From the NCBI GenBank assembly GCA_963749125.1, contig CAVVLL010000009.1, forward strand, positions 1 to 43,944: a stretch of 43,944 bases of DNA, written 5' to 3'. Source of the stretch: an uncultured bacterium (GTDB lineage Bacteria; 4484-113). Within the stretch, counting starts at the first letter, position 1; each line of letters starts with the position of its first letter. Below, piece after piece: positions 1 to 9,874 of this stretch. The notes under the pieces were generated by a model, which saw nothing but the letters and a program-made list of their open reading frames with translations, made no database searches and had not been told where the DNA came from. Made by a program: the position numbers and the translations under genes.

Positions 1-123
1 TCCACGGCCCTCGGCAGTAAGCCTTAAGTGAACTTACGATGCTTTTGATACTTGTAGAATGCACGGCGTCCATTATTATCCCGCCCTGGGCGGGGTAGAC
101 TAACACGCATAAAAGGTTTACCC

Positions 124-160
124 AGCCCTTCTCGCAAGAGGAGGGCTTTTTCTTTTCCGG
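124..160 (+). terminator. Rho-independent terminator-like hairpin followed by a T-run, upstream of ileS
   Basis: Seen in sequence: agccct-tctc-gcaa-gagg-agggct stem-loop (one U-G wobble) followed immediately by tttttctttt, about 30 nt before the ileS start. It could terminate an upstream + strand gene or act as a leader element. Confidence 0.4.
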
Positions 161-188
161 CAAAGGCTACGTTTACAGGTGATGTGCA

Positions 189-3100
189 ATGGGGAGATTT
201 GAAAAAACTGATACGGCATACAACTTTCCCGAAATGGAGGAGCGCATCCTTCGTTACTGGGAAGCCGAAGACGTGTTCGGGAAGTCGCTGCAGCGCCCTT
301 CGCCGATGGGCGGTTTCGTGTTCTACGAAGGCCCGCCGACCGCGAATGCACTGCCCCACCCCGGGCACGTGCTGACGCGCGTAATGAAAGACCTGTTCCC
401 GCGCTATAAGACGATGCGGGGCTACTATGTTGCGCGCAAGGCAGGCTGGGACACTCACGGGCTTCCAGTTGAGATTGAGGTAGAGAAAGAGCTTGGCTTC
501 ACCGGCAAGGCCGACATTGAGAAGTACGGCATAGCCGCGTTCAACGAGCGCTGCCTTGCGTCGGTTCAGCGTTACGAGAAGGAATGGCGCCGCATCAGCA
601 ACCGCATAGGCTTTTGGCTTAATTACGAAGAAGCCTATTTCACTTACACGAACAAGTACATTGAGACAGTGTGGTGGCTGCTGCGCCAGATGTGGGACAA
701 GCAGCTCATCTACCGCGGCCACAAGATCGTCCCTTATTGCTACCGCTGCGGAACGCCGCTTTCATCGCATGAAGTGGCGCAAAACTACGTGGATACGAAA
801 GATCCCAGCGTGTTCATCAAGTTTCGCGTCATAGACGAGTTGAGCGACTTGAGCAGCGACCTCGCGCGCGGGAAAACATACTTCTCGGTGTGGACGACTA
901 CGCCGTGGACGCTGATATCCAACGTAGCGCTGGCGGTCAATCCCGATGCTGAATACGTTGCCGTGTTCCATGACGGTGAGCACCTGATCCTTGCCCGCGA
1001 GCTCCTGGCAGCGACAGGCTTGAACGAAGAACCCATCGTGGCGTCATTCAGGGGTTCAGACCTCGCCAACATCAACTACGAGCCGCTCTTCAACTACATG
1101 CCGCTGGATAAGCGCGCGCACTTCGTGATATCCGGCAAGTTCGTGACTATGGAGGACGGCTCGGGCATAGTCCACATCGCGCCGGCGTTCGGCGAGGATG
1201 ACTACCAGGTTGGCATGGAGAACAACCTGCCGTTCGTCTGCGCCGTTGATGATCGCGGCAACTTCGTTCCTGAAATAACGAAATGGGCAGGCCGCAATGT
1301 CAAGGAAGCTGACCCTGAAATCACGCTTGACCTGCGCGACCGGGGCTTGTTGTTCCACATAACGAATTACCTGCATGCATACCCGTTTTGCTGGCGGTGC
1401 GATACGCCCCTGCTTTACTACGCTTTCCCGTCATGGTTCATCCGCACCACCGCTATCCGCGAACAGCTACTCGCCAACAACGAGAAGATAAACTGGGTGC
1501 CTGAACACATCCGCACCGGCCGTTTCGGCCAGTGGCTTGAAGGCGTTGTTGACTGGGCGTTGTCGCGCAACCGTTACTGGGGCACGCCGCTGCCGGTATG
1601 GGAATGCGACACATGTGGCAACACGCATTGCATCGGCTCGTTTGCTGAGCTTCAAGGATTGGCAGGCTTCAAGGCTGACGACCTCTACAACTCGGCGCAG
1701 TTCAACCCGCATCGTCCCTTCGTTGACGAAATGACGTGGCAGTGCTCGTGCGGCGGCATGATGCGCAGGGTGCCTCACGTCATAGACTGCTGGTTTGACA
1801 GCGGCTCCATGCCTTTCGCGCAGCACCACTACCCCTTTGAACACAAAGACGACATTGACAGCGGCAGGCAATTCCCCGCCGACTTCATCAGCGAGGCGAT
1901 AGACCAGACGCGCGGATGGTTCTACACGCTGCATGCGATATCCACGATGGTGAAGGACAGCAACGCCTACAAGACTTGCGTCGTCCTCGGCCACATCCAG
2001 GACGACAAGGGCCGGAAGATGAGCAAGTCGCTGGGCAACGTCGTGGACCCGTGGAATGTCATCAACCACCAGGGCGCGGATGCGTTCAGGTGGTATTTCC
2101 TGAGCTCCAACGCACCGTGGGTGAACACTCGTTATTCGGAGCCTGCGGTTGTCAGCTCGCTGCAAAAGTTCCTCATTCCTCTGTGGAACGTGTATTCGTT
2201 CTTCACGATTTACGCGAACATAGATGACTACGATCCTGCGCAGCCTGCGCTGCCTTGGCAGGAACGGCCACTGCTCGACCGCTGGATACTCATAAAATAC
2301 AACCAGCTCATCAGCACCGTGACTGAAAACCTTGACGCATACCGCGTTACAGAAGCTGCGCGCGCGATAGAGAGCTTCTTTGATATTTTGAGTAACTGGT
2401 ATGTCCGCCGCAGCCGCCGCCGCTTCTGGCAAAGCCAGAAGAACGATGAGAAATGGAGCGCTTATCACACGCTATACGGCATCCTCTGCGGATTGTCCAA
2501 GTTGATAGCGCCGTTCACACCGTTCATCTCCGAGGAGCTTCACCAGAAGCTCGTGCGCACGATTGACACGGATGCGCCCATAAGCGTGCACCTCTGCGAT
2601 TATCCCTCGGCGGACGAACGCATCGCCGACCCTGAGCTTGAGGAAGGGATGGATGCGGTGCTGCGCGTGGTGAAGCTTGGCCATGCGGCGCGCAACCAAT
2701 CCAAGATAAAAGTGCGCCAGCCGCTGCGCGAGATAATCCTTGTCTCTAACGACCCGAAGCTCTCACCCGCCATACAGCCTTACCACAACATCGTGCGCGA
2801 AGAGTTGAACATAAAGGCGATACGATGGGCCGAGCATGCCGAAGATTACGTGAACTTCCAGATAAAGCCTAACTTCGCGGTGCTGGGCCCGAGGTTTGGC
2901 AAGGCGATTGGCGCCGTCCAGAAAGCGCTGGCGTCTGCCAACGCTTCCGAGTTGGTGAACCAGATAGTCAATGCCGGCAGCATGAGCCTGACGGCCAACG
3001 GCGTGGAACACACTCTGACCGCCGACGATCTGGATATCCGCATAATTGAGCGTGAAGGCACAGTGGCGCAGCGCGACGGTAATCTGTTGCTCGTGCTTGA

Positions 3101-3398
3101 TTTGGTGATAACGCCGGAACTTCGCGAAGAAGGCCTTAGCCGCGAGTTCATAAACCGCGTCCAGACTCTGCGCAAGAATCTGGCGCTTGAGTACGAGCAG
3201 CGCATATCGCTGAAGTTCGCCGTAAGCGAGCCAGTGCGCTCGGCTGTGCTTAAATACGCCGGTGTGATTGCGGACGAGACACTCGCAGTGGATTTTGCGG
3301 AGAACAACAGTCTCGCCGACGACTTGCCTAATGTATATCCTGCGGAGATTGAGGGGCAGGAAGTGCTCATCCAACTTACGCAGGTAAAGGCGGAATAG
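189..3398 (+). CDS. ileS: Isoleucyl-tRNA synthetase, type 2 (Thermus/eukaryote-like long form)
   Basis: 1069-aa ORF. N-terminus PPTANALPHPGHVLTRVMKDLFPRYKTMRGYYVARKAGWDTHGLPVE closely resembles type-2 IleRS (Thermus-like class I motif). KMSKS is present (GRKMSKSLGN). Length and C-terminal extension are typical of type-2 IleRS. Stop codon is TAG. Confidence 0.95.
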   Translation: MGRFEKTDTAYNFPEMEERILRYWEAEDVFGKSLQRPSPMGGFVFYEGPPTANALPHPGHVLTRVMKDLFPRYKTMRGYYVARKAGWDTHGLPVEIEVEKELGFTGKADIEKYGIAAFNERCLASVQRYEKEWRRISNRIGFWLNYEEAYFTYTNKYIETVWWLLRQMWDKQLIYRGHKIVPYCYRCGTPLSSHEVAQNYVDTKDPSVFIKFRVIDELSDLSSDLARGKTYFSVWTTTPWTLISNVALAVNPDAEYVAVFHDGEHLILARELLAATGLNEEPIVASFRGSDLANINYEPLFNYMPLDKRAHFVISGKFVTMEDGSGIVHIAPAFGEDDYQVGMENNLPFVCAVDDRGNFVPEITKWAGRNVKEADPEITLDLRDRGLLFHITNYLHAYPFCWRCDTPLLYYAFPSWFIRTTAIREQLLANNEKINWVPEHIRTGRFGQWLEGVVDWALSRNRYWGTPLPVWECDTCGNTHCIGSFAELQGLAGFKADDLYNSAQFNPHRPFVDEMTWQCSCGGMMRRVPHVIDCWFDSGSMPFAQHHYPFEHKDDIDSGRQFPADFISEAIDQTRGWFYTLHAISTMVKDSNAYKTCVVLGHIQDDKGRKMSKSLGNVVDPWNVINHQGADAFRWYFLSSNAPWVNTRYSEPAVVSSLQKFLIPLWNVYSFFTIYANIDDYDPAQPALPWQERPLLDRWILIKYNQLISTVTENLDAYRVTEAARAIESFFDILSNWYVRRSRRRFWQSQKNDEKWSAYHTLYGILCGLSKLIAPFTPFISEELHQKLVRTIDTDAPISVHLCDYPSADERIADPELEEGMDAVLRVVKLGHAARNQSKIKVRQPLREIILVSNDPKLSPAIQPYHNIVREELNIKAIRWAEHAEDYVNFQIKPNFAVLGPRFGKAIGAVQKALASANASELVNQIVNAGSMSLTANGVEHTLTADDLDIRIIEREGTVAQRDGNLLLVLDLVITPELREEGLSREFINRVQTLRKNLALEYEQRISLKFAVSEPVRSAVLKYAGVIADETLAVDFAENNSLADDLPNVYPAEIEGQEVLIQLTQVKAE

Positions 3399-3401
3399 AC
3401 A

Positions 3402-4406
3402 ATGAGACGGTTCGCCAAAACAATGTTTTCTTTATTGGCACTCAGTTGGCTTGCGGCATGCGTCGGGGCTGCATCAAGCGCTGAAAACGATGCGCCGCCG
3501 GTTAAGCCAAATGCCAGTGCACTCAAGGTGTTCTCCACGGACTTTTCCGGCAACCGCGCATACGGTTTCCTCAAGAAGCAGGTTGCGCTTGGCCCCCGCG
3601 CGCCGGGCTCAAACGCGCATGCGCTTTGCCGCAGCTTCATCAAGGCCGAGCTTGAGCCCTACTGCACTGGCATCACCGAGCAAACCTTTAACCGCGTCGT
3701 GAACGGCCGCGAATACACCTTCAACAATGTCATCGCCTACATTCACCCCAATGCGCCGAAGCTCGTGCTGCTCGCCGCGCACTTTGACACCAGGCCGTTC
3801 GCCGACAAGGACACGCCCGCCAATTATTCAACGCCCATTCCAGGCGCTAACGACGGGGCGTCGGGCGTCGCAGCTCTGCTTGAGCTAGCGAATATGCTTA
3901 GCGCAAGCATGCCTGACAATGTCGGTGTCCTCTTCCTGTTCACCGACGGCGAAGACACTGGCAATACGACAGCGCAAATGTTTGCGGGCGCAGAATACTT
4001 CGCAAGTAAGATGGACGGCGCGCTGAAGCAGCGCATCGCCTTTGGAATCCTGCTGGATATGATTGGTGATGCTAACCTGAACATCCTTCCCGAACGGCAT
4101 TCCGAAGCGTCAGCTCCCAAGATATATCTCGCGCTTCTTGAATTGCAGGATATGATGGGGCTTTCGGGCTTCTCAACTTTCGGGCAAAACGAGATATGGG
4201 ACGACCACCTGCCCTTCATTGAGCGCGGCGTAAAGATGTACGATGTAATCGACTTTGATTATCCCCCCTGGCACACGCTGCAAGACACGCCGGATAAATG
4301 CAGCGGCGAAAGCCTTAGGGTCGTTGGGCTGTGCGTGGGTAACCTGAGTTTTAAATTATGCGCATGGGAAATTCCGTCCGTAGTCGGGCTGCGTGAGCCT
4401 GTCTAG
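3402..4406 (+). CDS. Secreted glutaminyl-peptide cyclotransferase-like protein (M28 peptidase fold), probable lipoprotein
   Basis: Signal peptide with Cys (LSWLAACVGA). Motifs AAHFDTRPF, PGANDGASGVAALLELA, FLFTDGEDTG, DDHLPF and PPWHTLQDTPD match the QC/M28 family layout. Confidence 0.7.
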   Translation: MRRFAKTMFSLLALSWLAACVGAASSAENDAPPVKPNASALKVFSTDFSGNRAYGFLKKQVALGPRAPGSNAHALCRSFIKAELEPYCTGITEQTFNRVVNGREYTFNNVIAYIHPNAPKLVLLAAHFDTRPFADKDTPANYSTPIPGANDGASGVAALLELANMLSASMPDNVGVLFLFTDGEDTGNTTAQMFAGAEYFASKMDGALKQRIAFGILLDMIGDANLNILPERHSEASAPKIYLALLELQDMMGLSGFSTFGQNEIWDDHLPFIERGVKMYDVIDFDYPPWHTLQDTPDKCSGESLRVVGLCVGNLSFKLCAWEIPSVVGLREPV

Positions 4407-5596
4407 CTTTCGTGGACGATGCGGCCGTCGCGCGTGACCAGCGCGGCTTCTTTTTGGTTTACCAGCCACTTCATCATCTCGTCAAAGCTTCCGCCCGGGC
4501 AGTCATTCCAGACCGCAAGGTCGCCGCGAAATCCGGTTTCCAGCTTGCCGAGTACGTTGCCAAGCCCCAACGGCTTGAGGCCGTTCGCAGTTATCATTGA
4601 GAAGACTTCCGCGCCGGTGAGCATAGGGAACTCAACCCATGCCAGCTTCGCCTCTTCAAGGATGTTCAAGTTGATGTTGCTGCCATATGAATCTGTTCCC
4701 AGGCAGCTATTGATGCCTGCATCCCGATATTTCGGAAGCGGGTGGTCGGGGTGCATGAAATACGCGTGGCTGCGCGGGCAATAGACGTGCGTGATGCCCG
4801 CGGATGCTAGTATCTCCACGTCGCCCGGCAACACATAGTTGAGATGGACGCAGTACGATTGTGAGTTCAGCACAGCCAGCCCATTGAAATACGCGATCGG
4901 GCTCATGTGCATCCCCTTCCAGTTCTCATCATACGCACCGGCGCGTCGAAGCAGCTTCTCCACGTCGTCATTGTGGCTGTCAATGAACTCGATTTCCTGC
5001 ATCATCTCCGATAGGTGCATGGAAACGGGGACGCACCTTTCGCAGGCGAGCTTGACGGCCGCTTGCGCGATTTCAGGGCTTGCCGTATAAGGTGAATGGA
5101 CTGCGAAGCTGTAAATGGTCGCATCCCGCAGCCTGCGCAGGTCAGGATGGTGGTTGTTGAAGTCAAACAGCTCCCTGAACCCGAAATAGCGCAGGCCTGT
5201 TTCCTCAATCGCGCGGAAGTCCATCTCCAGCGTGTAATGGTCGCAAAGGGTCGTCGTCCCGGTGCTGAGCACCGACCGGACGCTTGTTTCGGGGAAGTAG
5301 CCGGGGAGCACCATGAAGTCGTGCTTCAAGTTGCGCACTTCCTGTAGCCACTCCAGGAAATTGCCATTGTATTGGACTTTGCCGGCGCAAAACTCAAGCT
5401 CAAGGTGGCAGTGCGAGTTGATGAAGCCGGGGGTGATGAGGCTGCCAGGGCGTTCTACTATGCTCTTGCCGGGGAACTGGCGGATAACATCGTCCCGCCC
5501 GCCAATAGCGGCAATGCTGCCCTCTTCAAGGCAAATTGCGCCGTCGGCGATAACCTCGCCCGGCCGTGGCATCAGATACGTGCCAGTAATTATCAT
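4403..5596 (-). CDS. Metal-dependent amidohydrolase (cytosine/adenosine-type deaminase or chlorohydrolase family)
   Basis: 397 aa. PGFINSHCHLE metal-binding HxH motif near the N-terminus, plus an internal His and a C-terminal Asp region typical of the amidohydrolase superfamily. Its TAG stop overlaps the TAG stop of the upstream gene (ctag). Confidence 0.65.
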   Translation of the reverse strand: MIITGTYLMPRPGEVIADGAICLEEGSIAAIGGRDDVIRQFPGKSIVERPGSLITPGFINSHCHLELEFCAGKVQYNGNFLEWLQEVRNLKHDFMVLPGYFPETSVRSVLSTGTTTLCDHYTLEMDFRAIEETGLRYFGFRELFDFNNHHPDLRRLRDATIYSFAVHSPYTASPEIAQAAVKLACERCVPVSMHLSEMMQEIEFIDSHNDDVEKLLRRAGAYDENWKGMHMSPIAYFNGLAVLNSQSYCVHLNYVLPGDVEILASAGITHVYCPRSHAYFMHPDHPLPKYRDAGINSCLGTDSYGSNINLNILEEAKLAWVEFPMLTGAEVFSMITANGLKPLGLGNVLGKLETGFRGDLAVWNDCPGGSFDEMMKWLVNQKEAALVTRDGRIVHES

Positions 5597-5675
5597 CGGT
5601 AAACCAGCCCTGGTTGGGGCTGTATTTTAGCACGGAAGCAGGCTTAAGCTTCAGCCCGGCGCAAACTGGGGCTTT

Positions 5676-7247
5676 TTAGAAGAATAAACGGTATTCCAGC
5701 TTCCAGCCGTTGAACTCAGGCTCCAGCCTGCAGATGCCGCCCGAGCAGACAACGCCGGCACGCCTCTTGCCGTATGCCAGCGAAAGCTCGTGCTTGCCGC
5801 TCTCCTGAAGCTTCAACTCGGCGATGGTCCACCGTTGCGCGGTCTTATTGAACCCGCGCTCCGCCTTCTCCTGCGTGACCACGAATGTGAGCCACCCGCC
5901 GTAGCCGAAGTCTATGGAAACCTCCTGCTCATCGCGCGCGCCCAACCCTTCGTCTTTGTTGCGTATCTCGCAAGCCACCTGCGTTGTGAAGAAGTCATTC
6001 CATGAATAGGCGGCTTCACCGTAATACGCACGGTTCTTGAAAAAAAGGTCGTTATGGTAAAGGCGCTGCGCAATCCAATTGAAGCGCTTTTCGGTCGGCG
6101 AATGGTAGGCGATGATAAACTCGGTCATCGGCATGCCCTTAGCGCGCACATTCGCCTGCGCATAACTAGCTTCAATGAGCGAGCTATTCTTGAACGGCGT
6201 CCAGCTTAGGATGACGCCATAGCCTTTTTCGTCCAGGAGGTCTGCGGCGGCATGTTCAGGGTCGTACCTTACAGGCGGTGGGCCGCTGAATAAGCCGTTG
6301 ACTTTCCAATAGTCCTTGTATTCATATGTCAGCCCAAGCCCGGGTAGGCTTAGAGAGACGTTGCCATACATTCCTCGCCCGTCGATATCCGCCGCCCAGT
6401 CTTGACGCATGTATTCAAAATACGCGCTAACGGCCTTGAACTTAAGCGCGGTATCAAACGAGTACGAACCGTTTTCTATGCGCAGGTCAGGAGCGCCGCC
6501 TACGCCTTTCTTCACCGGCCGGTAACTGAATGCGTTGCCGCCAACAGTTAACCAGTCCCACGGCTTCGCTTCAACGCGCCCGCCATAGACTTTGGTAGCG
6601 CCAATATCTGTAACCAGTTTGTGCTGGCCAATGAAACCCAGCGCGGAAAAGTGTTTCCCCGGGTATGACAGGCGGAAGCCTTCAATCTCGTTGTCAACAT
6701 CAAGGTCACGCTGCTCAATGCCGGAAAGCACGAGCCCTTTGCCAAGCGTCTGGGGGAAGGTTCCCAGTGAAAAATTGAACTTGCCAAGCGGGCCGCCTAA
6801 TTCAACTTTCTCAATGCGGATATCATCCCTGCGGTTTGCGTAAGGGTTGAAGTCGCCGATGCGCAGCCTGCCCTGGTAATCATCTAGGCTAAACGAAAGC
6901 GAGAACTCACCCTCGTGTTTGTCCACGCCGCTTGTGCGGTCAAGGCTGTGCCAATAGGTAAGCGTCCCGTAGTATTCGAGGCCTTGTGACTGCCAAGTGG
7001 TATCTTCGTCCCATGCGTCGCCAGTCGCATCTTCGGCCTCTGCCTCCTGCGCCACTTGCTCCTCGGATGTTGCGGTAGGTTCTTCAGCTTGAGGCTCTTC
7101 CGTCGTGGAATCCTGCGGCTGCGTTGCATCAGCGGCGACAGCAGGCTGTTCAGGCGCGGGCTGCGCTTCTTCAGCGGATGCAGGCAGCATATGCAGGCAC
7201 AGCAAAGCCAGCAAAATGAAAACGGCAATGGTTGCGCGGGTTAACAT
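5676..7247 (-). CDS. Outer-membrane beta-barrel protein with acidic low-complexity N-terminal linker
   Basis: The ORF track gives 565 aa. The likely true start is the internal Met of the signal peptide (MLTRATIAVFILLALLCLHMLPASA), preceded by a ggag RBS. An Ala/Glu/Pro/Thr/Gln-rich acidic segment follows. The C-terminus ends in ...YRLFF, the aromatic terminal residue typical of OM beta-barrels. Alternating amphipathic strands are present throughout. Confidence 0.55.
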   Translation of the reverse strand: MLTRATIAVFILLALLCLHMLPASAEEAQPAPEQPAVAADATQPQDSTTEEPQAEEPTATSEEQVAQEAEAEDATGDAWDEDTTWQSQGLEYYGTLTYWHSLDRTSGVDKHEGEFSLSFSLDDYQGRLRIGDFNPYANRRDDIRIEKVELGGPLGKFNFSLGTFPQTLGKGLVLSGIEQRDLDVDNEIEGFRLSYPGKHFSALGFIGQHKLVTDIGATKVYGGRVEAKPWDWLTVGGNAFSYRPVKKGVGGAPDLRIENGSYSFDTALKFKAVSAYFEYMRQDWAADIDGRGMYGNVSLSLPGLGLTYEYKDYWKVNGLFSGPPPVRYDPEHAAADLLDEKGYGVILSWTPFKNSSLIEASYAQANVRAKGMPMTEFIIAYHSPTEKRFNWIAQRLYHNDLFFKNRAYYGEAAYSWNDFFTTQVACEIRNKDEGLGARDEQEVSIDFGYGGWLTFVVTQEKAERGFNKTAQRWTIAELKLQESGKHELSLAYGKRRAGVVCSGGICRLEPEFNGWKLEYRLFF

Positions 7248-7275
7248 CAATCGCTCCGGAGTTGGCGTTATAGGA

Positions 7276-7941
7276 CTATTCGCCTTCAGCAGGCGGGGGA
7301 GTTGCTTCTTCGGCAGGAGGAGCTTTGCCGGCCTCATCGTCAGCCTCCGTCTCCTCTGCGGGCGTGGCTTCACCAGCGGATTCTTCAGTCACCGCCGCCT
7401 TGGTCTTTCCCGCGTCAGAATACAGCTTCGCAACGTCCTCTTCCGAAAGCTCCAACGCGGCGATGATTGACTTCTCGTACTCCTTTTCATCGCCGGGCTT
7501 GAAGCCGGAATGCTGGAAGATAATTTCGCCTTTGCTGTTGATGAGGAACGTGACCGGCGAGAACTTCACCTGGTATGCCTTTGAAGTCACCTGGTCGGGG
7601 TCGTAAAGGACGGGGAACGTCCATTTCTCCGTCGCCACGTAAGGCTTGACCTTGGTCATGGTAAGCGAAGTGTCGCGCGAGATGACGATGAGCTGGAAGC
7701 CTGCAGGCTTATAGATTTCGTATAGATTTTGCAGGTGGGGCATGAGCTTCTTGCAAGGCTTGCAGCTGACTTCCCAGAAGTCAATGAGGACAAGCTTGTT
7801 GTTCCCTGCGACTTCTTTGAGCTCGTAGGTCTTGCCGTCAACGCCCTCAAGCTTGAAGTTCGGGACGCGCGTGGCCGCCAGCGCAGACGCGCTAAGCGAA
7901 AGCACAAACAGGATAAGCGTTATTAGAAGCGTGTTTCTCAT
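7276..7941 (-). CDS. TlpA-like periplasmic thiol:disulfide oxidoreductase (redoxin/AhpC-TSA fold) with acidic C-terminal tail
   Basis: Signal peptide, then a thioredoxin-fold CxxC motif (WEVSCKPC). It has resA/tlpA-like architecture. The C-terminus is Glu/Ala/Pro/Thr-rich low complexity. It ends 28 nt upstream of the OM protein gene on the same strand. Confidence 0.75.
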   Translation of the reverse strand: MRNTLLITLILFVLSLSASALAATRVPNFKLEGVDGKTYELKEVAGNNKLVLIDFWEVSCKPCKKLMPHLQNLYEIYKPAGFQLIVISRDTSLTMTKVKPYVATEKWTFPVLYDPDQVTSKAYQVKFSPVTFLINSKGEIIFQHSGFKPGDEKEYEKSIIAALELSEEDVAKLYSDAGKTKAAVTEESAGEATPAEETEADDEAGKAPPAEEATPPPAEGE

Positions 7942-8021
7942 GGCACCTATATTTTACCATCAGAAGCGGAAAGCTACACATTGGGATAATTCTGCTATCT
8001 ACCAAGGGCTAAAACTGTCTT

Positions 8022-8090
8022 CGCATCCTCCCACACCTCCGGATACGACACGTCTGCACTGGAGAAACAGAAGGCGGGGAATGGCTCGTG
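8022..8090. repeat. Degenerate direct repeat duplicating the 3' end of aroA (partner copy at 8534-8602)
   Basis: The sequence cttcgcatcctcccacacctccggatacgacacgtctgcactggagaa matches cttcgcttcttcccgcacacccggatacgacacgttggcgctggagaa at the aroA C-terminus (about 85% identity). On the minus strand it translates to FSSADVSYPEVWEDAKT, compared with the native FSSANVSYPGVREEAKN. Confidence 0.6.
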
Positions 8091-8533
8091 TATAATCTAA
8101 ATTGGGTTTATGGATGTAGTCCAAAAAGCTGCCATCTGGGAGAAGGCTTTGTCAGCCGTGGATGCGTTAGTGCTTATTCTCCTGGCATTAGGAAATGGGA
8201 TCCCCCTAGACTCTCATTAGCCTTGGCATATATTCAGCGTTTAGCTGGGCTCTTTTCCTCTGGGCTTTCATCGCGGTTTGGAGCGATGTCGTCACTATCT
8301 TCAACATTCACCCGAAGAAACAAAGACCTCCTTCATTTGCATTGAGCTTATATGTTCGCATACCAGTTACGGCATTTGTGTTCTTTTTCTTCTTCCCAGG
8401 AGTTCCTACTAGGGCCTTCACGGTGGCTCGGGTACTTTCGATGATTAGGATTCGAGGGAATCCGGTGGTTCCCCCTATCTACGATTACTTCTCCTCCTGG
8501 CTAGGCTTCCAGAACAATCCTTGAGCTAGTTTC
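8091..8533. other. Low-GC (about 48%) non-coding patch bracketed by the aroA 3'-end repeats
   Basis: The composition drops sharply relative to the about 62% GC flanks. Only short ORFs without support are present. No recognisable tRNA, tmRNA or RNase P signature was found. Confidence 0.4.
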
Positions 8534-9854
8534 GCAGCCCTAATCCATTCTTCGCTTCTTCCCGCACACCCGGATACGACACGTTGGCGCTGGAGAAGTT
8601 GTGCAGCGTGGATTGACCGCCGGCAAACAGCGCGCAGGCGAGCGCCAGGAGCGCGATGCGGTGGTCAGCGCCACAATCCACATCCGCCGGTGCGAGCTTC
8701 TGCGGGCCAATAACGCTAAGCGTATCGCCCTCAGCATTCGCATTCACGCCAAATGCCGCAAGCACGCGCGCAGTTTCGCCGATGCGGTCGGATTCCTTGT
8801 GCCGAAGCTCCCCCAAGCCCTCCAACACGCTTTCGCCATCCGCCTGCGATGCCGCCAGTGCGAGCAGCGGTATTTCATCAATCATTAGCGGCACGTTATC
8901 AGCCGTTATGCGCAACGGCCTTAGCTTTGAAGGCGACACTGTGATATTCCCCACGGGCTCTGCGCCGAGATAGCCCGCGAGATGCACATCTATATCCGCG
9001 CCTGCGTCCTGCAATAAGCGCAGCGCGCCCATCCGTGTCTCGTTCAGCCCTACCCCAATGATGCGCACGCCCTCGCCGGAAAGCAGCGCGCCTAGAACGA
9101 CCCACAGGAACGCCGACGAAAAGTCGCCCGGGACGCTCACCTCCGCGGCCTGCAACTTCGCCGCATTGACGCTTATGCTTCGCGCCCCGCTGCCCTCGCT
9201 GATGCGCACTGGGGCGCCGAACAACGGCAGCATGCGCTCGGTGTGGTCGCGCGTTGGCGTCCGCTCAACGATGATCGTCTCGCCGTCCACGCCCAGCGCG
9301 GCCATCATCAGCGCGCTTTTCACCTGCGCCGATGCAACCTGCATCTCGTAGGCGATACCATGCAACCTCTTCCCGCGCACACGCAATGGCGCCCTGCCCT
9401 CTTGCTCCAAGTATTCAATGTCCGCGCCCATCAACCGCAACGGCTCAACGATGCGCGCCATCGGCCGTGAACGCAGCGATTCGTCGCCGGTAAGCACCGC
9501 TTCTATGCCTTCCATCCTTGCGAGCAATCCCGCCAGCAGCCTTAGCGCCGTCCCGCTATTCCCCAAGTCAATCGGCTTGCCAGGGCTTTGCAGCTTGCCG
9601 CCATGCACGAACCACGCGCCATCCTTCTCATAAGCCTTCGCGCCATGCGCCTGCACCGCTTTCAGCGCTGAGCGCGTGTCCAGCGCATCAAGAGGATTGT
9701 GGATGATTGTTGTTCCACTCGCCGCCGCGCCTAGCAGCACTGCGCGGATGGTGATGGACTTGTCACCGGGCACGCGAGATCTCCGCGCCCTTTGTGCGCG
9801 CGCCGGTGGCATCAATGCGCAGTGTATCTTGCATCGCGCTAATTCTATCAGCAT
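8526..9854 (-). CDS. aroA: 3-phosphoshikimate 1-carboxyvinyltransferase (EPSP synthase)
   Basis: VPGDKSITIRAVLLGAAASGTT N-terminal motif, LGNSGTALRLLAGLLA, and RPMARIVEPLRLMGA. Length and motif order are typical of AroA. The true start may be the second Met (about 9812). Confidence 0.9.
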   Translation of the reverse strand: MLIELARCKIHCALMPPARAQRARRSRVPGDKSITIRAVLLGAAASGTTIIHNPLDALDTRSALKAVQAHGAKAYEKDGAWFVHGGKLQSPGKPIDLGNSGTALRLLAGLLARMEGIEAVLTGDESLRSRPMARIVEPLRLMGADIEYLEQEGRAPLRVRGKRLHGIAYEMQVASAQVKSALMMAALGVDGETIIVERTPTRDHTERMLPLFGAPVRISEGSGARSISVNAAKLQAAEVSVPGDFSSAFLWVVLGALLSGEGVRIIGVGLNETRMGALRLLQDAGADIDVHLAGYLGAEPVGNITVSPSKLRPLRITADNVPLMIDEIPLLALAASQADGESVLEGLGELRHKESDRIGETARVLAAFGVNANAEGDTLSVIGPQKLAPADVDCGADHRIALLALACALFAGGQSTLHNFSSANVSYPGVREEAKNGLGLRN

Positions 9855-9874
9855 CGCTCTAAACGTCTGGTAAA

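Noticed and set aside
7248-7373. 42-codon N-terminal extension of the OM protein ORF (MKPRPQRRRRLTMRPAKLLLPKKQLPRLLKANSPITPTPER)
   Set aside because: It overlaps the end of the upstream tlpA-like gene and has an extremely basic, implausible composition. A ggag RBS plus a canonical signal peptide begin at the internal Met (7247).
8091-8533. Low-GC patch downstream of aroA as a tmRNA, RNase P RNA or tRNA gene (common integration targets)
   Set aside because: Scanning found no acceptor/T-arm with CCA, no tag-peptide reading frame ending ...ALAA, and only a weak resemblance to the RNase P P4 strand (gaaagtacccgagcc). No structured RNA could be supported by eye.
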